The notes under the pieces were generated by a model. The model searched no databases. It was not told the origin of the DNA and saw only the letters and a list, made by a program, of their open reading frames with translations. From Octopus bimaculoides (Eukaryota), in assembly GCF_001194135.2 (NCBI RefSeq), contig NC_068982.1, positions 96,843,553-96,907,551 of the forward strand: 63,999 nucleotides of DNA. The letters are read 5' to 3'. Shown here in pieces: positions 1 to 63,999 of this stretch (position 1 is the first letter of the stretch; every line of letters starts with the position of its first letter). Made by a program: the position numbers and the translations under genes.

Positions 1-35
<35 letters not shown>

Positions 36-38
36 TAT

Positions 39-198
39 GACGGGCTTCTTTCAGTTTCCGTCTACCAAATCCACTCACAAGGCTTTGGTTGACCTGAGGC
101 TATTGTAGAAGACACTTGCCCAAGGTGCCACGCAGTGAGAATGAACCCGGAACCATGTGGTTGGTAAGCAAGCTACTTACCACACAGCCACTCCTGCA
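39..198 (-). mobile_element. tRNA-derived SINE, family A (CORE-like head), partial
   Basis: Near-identical to 40255-40418 and 62575-62710; the minus strand shows a tRNA-like head with a B-box-like ggttcattctc and ggcaccttgggcaagtgtctt. Confidence 0.85.
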
Positions 199-3100
199 CA
201 TATATTTTCAATGCGTTTACAAAGACATTTTAGCTTTTATTTGGAGGTGGTGGTTGAGATAGGAACAAGAGAGCTTGGTTCATATATGGGTTGATAGGAC
301 AGAATTAGAAACAATGAAATGTGATTAAGGAAATTCATTTAATCCCATAAATAGCAAATGCATTCCATTCGGTGATTTAAGTACAAGTGTTAAAGTCTTT
401 TTTAACATACATTTTAGTTGATAAGAAATAAACTTACAAAGACCTTGTTGTTGAATATAAACAGGGTTTGACTGTCATCCTTATATACATCTATATTTTA
501 TTCCAAATATTTGCAATGTGTTTTGTATGTGTTTTTATACAGACATTTGGTTATGTACATAGCTACAAGCAAGCATTTATTTACTAGTGTGGTCAGCGAG
601 TAGAGAATATTTAAAAATCTCTTGAATAAATTCTCACTGGCAACATCACCATCACCATAGTGAATAACTGCAGCTCTAGCAACACCTCACCACTACAATA
701 TCCAGTTAGTTTGGTTCCCTTGAAACTAAATTCTGTATTTTTTTTTTTTTTACTGATAATGAAATGAGAGAGAAAAGAGTTAGTGGCTTGGCCATGAAAC
801 AGACCAGCACTAGTCATGATATATAAACCTATATAACTCTACTACTTATAGAGACTGAAACCTTATTTGCTTGACCATTGTAATTTCTCACTTGCACAAC
901 ATAAACTTAAGTATAAGAAGTTCGCTTCATAATCATATAGCTGTTTGCACCATGAGCAAATGGTGCTATTTATGGGCCACTAGCATGGAAGCCAGACAGC
1001 TGCTCTGGCAATGAACACGCTCGGACAGTGCTGTTAGTGCTCCACTGGTGCAGGTGCCTGTCATCGAGTATGGTTCAATTACGATTTCGATTTCACTTGC
1101 CCCTACAGGTCTTCGCAAGCAAAGTTTAGTAACCAATGAAGGAGAGGTTGGCATGGGTGCCAGTCATCAGATTCGGTTCAATTTCAGATTTCAGATTTCA
1201 AATTCCAAATTCACTTGCCTCAACAATATATATATATATATATATATATTGGTAGTAGATGGCAGAATCAGTAGAGTGTTAAACAAAATATGTTGTGCTA
1301 TTTGGTTACATTCCATTACATTCTGTGTTCAGGTGCTTACTTTTTTTTCTTTGTGAAATCAATAAAATGAGTACCATACAAAGTGCAGGGAGTCAATGTA
1401 ATTGACTGAACTGTTAAAAGTGTTGTCCCAGCATAGACACAATCCAATAACTGAAACCACTAAAAATAAGAGGANNNNNNNNNNNNNNNNNNNNGTTTTT
1501 AAATAGCATTGCTGACATTTAGTTTTGTTGTTAATACCCTTTGAATAAGTGAGAAAAGTTTGCCAACAGAGAAGTATCATGCTGTCTTCAGCATCAATAA
1601 TTTCTATTTGATTAGAATTGTGAAAGTTTATGGTGAAAATTAAGTAAATAGATAAGTAAATAAAAATTAAAAAAAAAAAGAAGCAGCCTTGGATTTTTCA
1701 GGCTGTTGCAAAATATAGGTCATGTTTTAATAAATCCCAGTAGATGTTTGTAGAATTTTTATAGTGCATGTAAACTGGTGAGGTTCTGCCAAAAAAAAAA
1801 AAAAGTACAGAAGACATTAAAAATTAAAAAGAAAAAATATAGTTGCTATGGTTATTTGAGATTCATACATTTAACTTAGAAGATTTCATTTATTTTTTAA
1901 ATTTTCAGTCTATCTATCACATGTTGCCGATAGTGTTTTTGTTTATTGATGCAATCTATTCTCTTTATCAATAAATTATTTTGCTACTAAGTATATTATA
2001 TTCTCTGTTAAACTAGTTTAATCAATTTTATTTATTTACATAATCTTGCTTTATGAGTGAGCAGGTGTGAAATTTCTAGAAATTCACAGTTTAAGCATCA
2101 GCAGAATAATATAATCCTATTTTTTCACTGAACTGACAGAGAATGTGAACAGATAGGAAACTGTCTTCTTTTACTGCACAATTAGGGAGAGAGAAGGTGA
2201 GGTGAAGAAATACTGCAGGTTTCCTATGTATGCTACAGAGGTTTCTAAGGCTCTATCACACACAAATGTTGAAAAAGCTACTAGTTTATATGGACTAGTA
2301 ATTGAAATTGTCAGAGTTGTTAGGAGACACAGCTACTACTATTAATCTTGTCAACTGCATTGCTTCTGATCAAAAGGTTAAATATTAGTCTGAATTCATT
2401 TGCAATACCTGGTAAAATATTTCTGAAATGTTCCTGTATAATACTTAAAGGAAGTACTTGTGGGCAATGAAATCTTCCTCATTGTTGATTCATTTAATTA
2501 CCTTGCTAACCTGATTGGAGTAACTAGTTGTGGTTTTGACACAACCAATGTGTAAGTTACTTAAAAGAAATCACACAAATTATTTCCTCTTCTCACCACA
2601 TCGGTGTTAGCATTGGTGTAGTGCTATTTCTTTGCAGGTTTAACCTGACTAGGAAATGATTGAATACTTAGACAATTTTATTCAGAATGACAGTGCAATA
2701 TCTGGACTTGAGAGAAAGCCTTGCTGAATTTAAAATGTGTCTGTCTTTTTGTTAATGAAAATGTCAGGTGAAAATGGCTTTTGTAAAATTGACCCACTAC
2801 TAATTAAGTGGGAACAGGAAAAAAAAAGTATTTGGCTTCCAGTTTCATAGATTTACAAACAGTTATTTTCTTTTACAGACCCAATAATAATGATTTCTTA
2901 CAGCAGCACCAAGCCACAATTTCTGCATGAGAGATATGGTTGATGGGATTAACCTAAGAACATAACTAGCACTTATTCTAACAATTCTGGAGTGATGAAA
3001 GGCAAACCTGAGATTGAATTCAGAACACTAGACAGAACTAAATACCATTAGGCATTATGTTTACTAGTCCTACTACTCTGCTTGTGACGTAGCACAATTA

Positions 3101-3913
3101 AAAAAAAAAAAAAAAAATTTCTATTGTCATTCTGATCTTCACATAATATTCTGTTCCACAGTGTACTTTTAAATGACAACACTGAAATATACAGTCAAAA
3201 GTCTCTTATTTTTTTACTTTATGTCATGCATATTTGTGAACAATAGCATCATTGGTTATCAGTTTTCCTCAAGGCCAATCTCTGATGCACTAGATTTCTA
3301 GTGGCAAGAGTGATCAGAGGGTAAATGCGCAACTTGAGGGACATAGATAACACAATGCATGCAGAGGTGTAAGTATGGCTATATGGACATTAAGAAGCAT
3401 GGAAAAGTGGACATTAAAATGAAGATATTTGTGTGTGTATATGTGACCGTCCGTCCATCCATACTTGTTTATATTGCTGTAGAAATGGTTTGTATCAAAA
3501 AGTGATTCAATGACAAAGATTGATACCACTAGACTGAAATAAGTATTGTCGTTTATGTGATCGAGTCAAACTCTTTAAGTCTGTGCCTCAGCATGGCCAC
3601 AGTTCATGAACTGAAACTAGTACAAAAACAGAGCAGCCATTTTATTGCAAAATTCTAATTGAATTATGTTGTGATAATAACAAAAATGTAGGGTTTGGAC
3701 TTTTACATACTGAAACTCTACATCCCACCATACAACTTGTCTTTGCAAACAGATTAGAATAATACAGTTATTCTTATCATTGTGTTGCTCCTGAACTTAT
3801 AGAAAGATTTTAACAAGTAGTAGTAGCAGTGACAGTTAGTAGTAATAGTTGTAAACAACAGTGTGGACTAGGAGTGTTACTGAATGTATCAGGATGTTTG
3901 TAGGTGTTTGAGA

Positions 3914-3949
<36 letters not shown>

Positions 3950-4099
3950 CAGTAGTAGTACTATAGAGTGAGTAAACAACAGTCGTGACTGAAGTGCATT
4001 ACTTGTCTAATAATTGTGTGTGATTAAGGTGTGCAAACATTAAAGGGTGCAGGCATGATTGTGTAGTTAAGAAGCTTCCTTCATGATGCCACCATCGTC

Positions 4100-4100
<1 letters not shown>

Positions 4101-4139
<39 letters not shown>

Positions 4140-4145
4140 TAATAA

Positions 4146-4176
<31 letters not shown>

Positions 4177-4186
4177 AATAATAATT
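4101..4186. repeat. (TAA)n microsatellite
   Basis: Direct reading; source of the poly-Y and poly-I ORFs. Confidence 0.95.
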
Positions 4187-4557
4187 TTGAGTTTGTTTGC
4201 ATGATTTGGATGGATCTTCGAGCCCAGTATATTTGTTATTTCCTTCACAAAATACCATCTTGATGGATCATCTTTCATGACATCTTCCCATATTTTTCTG
4301 GGTCTTCACCACCGACAGGTTCGTCCTACTACAATTGCTTGGTGTCTTTTTCACACTGCCTCACTGAAACACCTCATAACATTCATGTAAAACTTATTAT
4401 TGATCATTAAGTATGTGGAGCAAACTCATTGGGAATGACATCTTTTCAGTCAGAAACAATGATCATCACCTTCACAAATGAGCAGCTCTGAGTTAAGCAA
4501 TGCCCTGTGAATGAATATGGTAGCTGCAAACTGTGTAGAAGCCCACTGAATGTGCGT

Positions 4558-4593
<36 letters not shown>

Positions 4594-5059
4594 TGTGTGT
4601 ATTTACAGAAAGTTAATTATATGGCTAGTCATATGCTTAAGCACTTAGCTTTATAGACACCAATGGCCATATAATTAACCTCTTGTAAATACATTACTGC
4701 TCTAATTTTTAGAGTGTGCTTCTGTTTTGGATATATGATCCACATATAATATGTATATATATATGTGTAAATGAAAGTGTATATGTATACATATATGGAT
4801 ATATCACAGACAGGCTCTCAAATGATGCATCCTCAAAAAAAAAAAACATTTGATTTTCGAAATCTGCATCCCAATGGGTAAGTTTTCATAATTAGGAATA
4901 AAAAGATGCAATTTGCTCCAAGAAATAACTCAACTTTTAAATCGCTTTTAAGTCTACCACTCAACATTTATGTCTACCACTCTCTCAGGCTCTTAAAGCA
5001 TTTCTGAAGTGCTTTGAGATCAATCCTGACACATGGAAAATGTGAGCACAAGACCGCTC

Positions 5060-5510
5060 TACTTAGCAAAACTGCACCAAGAGAAGTGCCATGAACTATG
5101 AACAAAACAGGATTGCAGGAGCACAAAGAAAGCATGAACTGTGCAAATCCAGAGCCAACTCCTTGCCTTCAGTCCGAGCAGACCACTAGTGGTAGAACTT
5201 GTGGAGATGTCGATTGATGGTGTTTTGTGAAAAACTAAGTTCTGCCAAGAATGTACAAGTGCTTGTGCTTGGCTGTTGTTTAGCCATTTAAAACAAGGCC
5301 TCATCTTACACAACAGAAGTCTCTGGCTGGTGTTACCTTCCTTGAAATGTCTGAACCAGTTTTGTGCCACATGTTCTCTGACAATTCCTGGACTGTCCAC
5401 GTATTTAATTTCTTTTGCCACTGCCTTTGCACTCAGTCCTTTTTTCCACAGTTAGTGTAAAATGGTCCAAATTGCAATTTTTTCACCACTCATTATCAAA
5501 GCTGTAAAAT
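5060..5510 (-). mobile_element. Decayed mariner transposase, N-terminal HTH region
   Basis: KKGLSAKAVAKEI...VREHVAQNWFRHFKEGNTS and, after a frameshift, QQPSTSTC..LAELSFSQNTINRHLHK, typical of mariner DNA-binding domains. Confidence 0.75.
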
Positions 5511-5963
5511 AAAGAATAAACAAGTAATATTTATATGTTATATATATATATATATATNNNNNNNNNNNNNNNNNNNNNNNNNNNNNNNNNNNNNNNNNNN
5601 NNNNNNNNNNNNNNNNNNNNNNNNNNNNNNNNNNNNNNNNNNNNNNNNNNNNNNNNNNNNNNNNNNNNNNNNNNNNNNNNNNNNNNNNNNNNNNNNNNNN
5701 NNNNNNNNNNNNNNNNNNNNNNNNNNNNNNNNNNNNNNNNNNNNNNNNNNNNNNNNNNNNNNNNNNNNNNNNNNNNNNNNNNNNNNNNNNNNNNNNNNNN
5801 NNNNTACATTTAAAAAAATAACGTCGACCACTAACGTGGACAGTTAATGCGCTAGAAATAGATCACATCTTGTGTCTATTAAGACCTAAATTGTTCTCAA
5901 CATGAAATATAGCAGCATACCAAAAACGTGAGCGGGCAAGACATTTAAAATCACCTAAAAAAG

Positions 5964-6041
5964 CATTATTAAACAGGAACTAGTTTCGGATTTAACAAAT
6001 TCTTACCATTTGTCTATTCCTCATCAGCCTGATTTGTAATG
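5964..6041 (-). ncRNA. Type I hammerhead ribozyme (intact core, palindromic helix III)
   Basis: Minus strand reads catta-c-aaa-t-cagg CTGATGA ggaatagacaaat-ggtaaga-atttgttaaatcc GAAA CTAG TT cctg-ttt-aa-taatg. All core nucleotides are present, helix I has 12 bp, helix II spans 13 positions with two A-A mismatches, and the GUU cleavage triplet ends at 5978. Confidence 0.8.
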
Positions 6042-7689
6042 TACCGCAATCATCAGAATCGTATACAGAGTTGCCCACCGCCATGGGTGTGCGTGCATAT
6101 GGTTCTGCTAATTACAGCTTAATGGTATATATATATGATAATAAGAATAAACAGTTGGATAACAAGTATCAAATTAATGACATAACATGGAAATACAAGT
6201 TGCTAAAAATCATCATCGAAAATCTGAAAAAGACTTTTGACTCACCTGGTATATATATATAATATAATATAATATATATATATATAACTCGTATCTATTT
6301 AGACACCTGTTTGAAAGTATCATATGCACTCTACCTGGTTATCCTTGCACATAATTCTGAATCTCTTGATGTTTCAAGTTTCTTCTGCTTTATTTTCTGG
6401 AGAAAATAAGATTTGTGGTGGTTGTTATTGTCATCTTATTGTAATGTATTTATTCTACAAAAGTCCAGTAAAGACAAACAAACCATATATGTGCTGTATA
6501 AATGAACAATGTGTTATGACCATAAAATGGATGAACACTTTATCAATGAATACATGTGATACTCCTAGTATATAATAAAATAGCAGGGGTAATATATTAT
6601 AAAAGCACAAAAATTTAAAATAGTCTTTCACAAACAATGTTATGAACTGCTGAATAAACTTCAACTGATTAATGTAATTTACAAATTTAGAGGCAGACAT
6701 TAAAGTTATAAACCTCTTGACTCTAACTGCTGCAGTAGGCAGAAATGTACTGTACTTTCTTGCTAGCTGATCATGCTTCTACAAGAAGGAGCCATTGCAA
6801 AACAAAATACAGATAAAAAACATTGGTCGAAGACACAACTGTGTTTTGTAGAATTCCCACCAAAATAAGAAAATTGTCTGTTGAAAAGAAAGCTACATTA
6901 ATAATGAAATTAATCACGCAACTCTATATGCTTATAGTTAACCTTAGCAACAAAATAACATTATAAGTGGGCATAAGTAAACCAGAAATAAGTTTACGTC
7001 AGTGGTCAAAAACATTTATATATTTCATTTATGATGTGTAATAATGTCAAAAATGTGGTTGTGAAAGATTCAAATATGAGAAAGCAAATATCTATTATCA
7101 GTATCAAGCACATCAGTCAGCATTATTCTGAAAACACTTTATCTTAAATGAGAGATGATAACATTTATCACGAGAACACTAGCCTTGTGATAGTGTTGGT
7201 TGTGCTAAGACCTTGGGCAGACATATGCTATATCATAATATTAGCAGTTCTTTAAAAAATAAATCTTGTGCTAAATTTTTCATGTTACCACAAAACTAAA
7301 GTTGGGGACTGTTCCTTGTGAGTCCCCCTCAAACTTTGGATACATTGTTTTGCTCCATCTTTACACAATCATTAGAGCTTGTATAACTACTCCTCTCCTG
7401 CTCTGCCCCACTTCTCTCAAACTTTAACCCCCTTGTTCCTTAGCATAAAGCCAACCCCATCCCCCTTGAGTTTCATGGTCTTGTGAGCTGCATGGCAACT
7501 TCCTAGTCCTGGTGGCATGACGAAAAGCACCCAATACATGCTGTAAAGTGGTTGGCATTAGGAAGGGCATCTAGTTGTGAAAACCATAGCAACTTGGCAT
7601 ATGATGCAGTCTTTGGACCCATCAGATCCTGTCAAACCGTCCAACTCATGCCAGAATAAACATTGATATTAAATGATGATGATAATGAT

Positions 7690-8770
7690 ACACTGTTCCA
7701 AATGGTTTTTTTTCCAAACTGGAAAATCAGTTTTTGGAATGCATTTTCAGATTTTGTGCACAGTTCTTGTAGCAAATTTTCTGCGGTCTTGTCCATTAGT
7801 TAAGTCCGTGACCTTTCAGGATGGATTTCATCTTTGGAAATGATTAAAAATTTGCAGAGGCAAAATCTGGAGAGTAGGAAGGCAGGAAAAGGAGAATCAG
7901 TTCATGCTTTGCCAAAAAATCACGGATAAGGAGCCATGAATGAGTAGTTTTGTTATTTGTAGTGCAGTATTTGGGTTCTTCCTTCACACTGCATCCCTGA
8001 GACATCTCAGAATATCTAACGCAAACTTATTGACCATCAAACCATGTTGAACAAACTCATTATGAATGACACCCTTCCAATCAGAAAAAGTTATCAACAC
8101 CATCTTCACATATGAGTGAGTTGCTTTGGTTGTGGTGGTGATGATCCATCTCAGTGTGATAACTGTCTTTTCATTTGACATTTATAATGCTCCCATTTCC
8201 TCATCTGTTATGATGCTTTTCAGAAAGTTTTGATCAAGCTGATCCTAACTCACTGACTCAATTCCCTTTTTGTTCACCTGTTATCAGACACAGAAAAATT
8301 TTGCAGCAACATAATGCATCTTTAATTTTTCTTTTAAAGTCATGTGGCATGAACATTTACAGATGCTTACTTCTTCAGACAGCTGACAGTTTTCATGGAT
8401 TGTAGCTTTAATTGTTACTGTGTTATCATTGTCCATGGCAGGTCATTTACATTTGGGATGATCTCCAGTGGTTGTTCTTCTTGGTTTAAAACACTAGTGC
8501 CACTCATAAAAGTATTTACAGTCCAGTCATTGCAACATTAGAAAAGACTCTGGAGAATTTTTCTTAATTTGAAACAGAATTTCACACAAACAGTTACTCT
8601 TTCAAATTCTTCCTTGTTCAGCTAACAGCAAATTACCAAGTGCACTAAACATACATCAACTCTAGCATGTGTAGATCAGTGACTAACTTATGTGGCATGA
8701 TATGGATATTACTAAACTGAAAGTAAAATTTTCTTGTACTTGTGACTATTGCTGTGAGCATGCTGCACCA
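7690..8770 (-). mobile_element. Decayed mariner element (near full transposase span)
   Basis: Minus-strand remnants VCVKFCFKLRK (N-terminus) and FSDWKGVIHNEFVQHG..VNK..LDILRCLRDAV (catalytic region), with many stops and frameshifts. Confidence 0.7.
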
Positions 8771-8861
8771 ACTAGTTATAGTGTTGTTTTAAAAGTTCAA
8801 TTTTTCTTTCTGGTAAGACCTCATATGCAACACAAGATGTATCAGAAACTAATATTCTGTG

Positions 8862-9086
8862 AGATGGTAGAAATGTTAGCAGGCCGGGCGAAATGCTTAG
8901 CGGTATTTCGTCTGCCGTTACGTTCTGAGTCCAAATTCCGCTGAGGTCGACTTTGCCTTTCATCCTTTCGGGGTCGATAAATTAAGTACCAGTTACGCAC
9001 TGGGTCGATGTAATCGACTTAATCCCTTTGTCTGTCCTTGTTTGTCCCCTCTATGTTTAGCCCCTTGCAGGCAATAAATAAATAAG
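8862..9086 (+). mobile_element. Young tRNA-derived SINE, family B (Meta-like central domain)
   Basis: CpG-rich; B box gagtccaaattcc; gactttgcctttcatcctttcggggtcgataaattaagtaccag; near-identical to 30335-30562. Confidence 0.85.
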
Positions 9087-9188
9087 AAACTAATATTCTT
9101 ATAAATGTTATACTGATACGTGAAGTACAAATACTTCAAGACTAATTATTAATTCTGGAACTAATATTCTCCAACTTTTTCTCCATAG

Positions 9189-63529
<54,341 letters not shown>

Positions 63530-63914
63530 GTAAGTGCTTACTGTCTTGATGTTCTGTGTCTACTAGATCCTCTGTATTTTATTACGTCCCATTACAGTCT
63601 GAGTTTAAATTATGCCTGGATTGAATTGCCTTTCATTCTTCTGAATTTTATAAACTATAAGTGCCATTTAAATACTGGGGTCAATGTATTTGACTATAGC
63701 CATGAAGGTGGTGTTTCATCATGGCCTAAGATCATTGGATGAATAATTTGTTGCTCAATTTGATTCTCCATATGGCCTTAGGTGCCTTTAAGGAGTCCAC
63801 TCTGTTGCAAACAAGATAACTTATGAACAATGGTTTCTTCCTTCCTTTCCCACCAGTTTGTTTCAGAGGCTCTGAAAAAGGTTTTGAGCATGTTCTTCTT
63901 TCTCAGTCATACCA

Positions 63915-63947
63915 ATACACACGCACACACACACACACACATGCACG

Positions 63948-63999
<52 letters not shown>
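63915..63999. repeat. (CA)n microsatellite
   Basis: Direct reading. Confidence 0.95.

Noticed and set aside
4067-4278. Poly-Tyr/Ile ORFs and similar low-complexity ORFs (YIYI, HTHT, VCVC, ERER) across the window
   Set aside because: Translations of microsatellites or N gaps.
5990-6060. Two TGATGA/CTGA motifs suggesting a box C/D snoRNA
   Set aside because: No terminal D box or closing stem at the right spacing; the motifs belong to the hammerhead core.
6002-6084. Minus-strand ATG-initiated mini-exon MAVGNSVYDSDDCGTLQIRLMRNRQM followed by a GTAAGA donor
   Set aside because: No recognisable homology or downstream exon was found, and the donor-like sequence lies in the hammerhead helix II loop, which explains the region better.
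6440-6495. Peptide YKSPVK resembling the SEC14L1 N-terminal YQSPVR
   Set aside because: No MVQK before it, no PFEL after it and no suitable donor; a chance match.

Overview
AT-rich, microsatellite-dense metazoan DNA with several N gaps. The repeat families resemble those I recall from coleoid cephalopods, most likely Octopus (inference, not verified). One protein-coding gene spans the window on the + strand: a SEC14-like protein 1 / real-time (retm) orthologue with PRELI/MSF1, CRAL-TRIO and GOLD domains. I reconstructed 12 GT-AG, phase-consistent coding exons from 9189 to 63529 (1970 nt, about 656 codons). The first coding exon and the last exon were not found in the window. The rest is intronic or upstream sequence made of tRNA-derived SINEs, RTE and CR1/L2 LINE fragments, decayed mariner and BEL/Pao remnants, three short TIR elements (Merlin-, piggyBac- and hAT-like), Penelope-like inverted repeats and microsatellites. 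Almost all ORFs in the supplied track are spurious or transposon-derived. The most interesting signal is a set of hammerhead-ribozyme motifs: one with an intact core and long helices I and II (5964-6041, minus strand), one minimal motif with a non-canonical CUGUCGA core (56390-56425, minus strand), and a 150-bp palindrome built from two decayed inverted copies (17011-17160). All were folded by eye and none has been tested.
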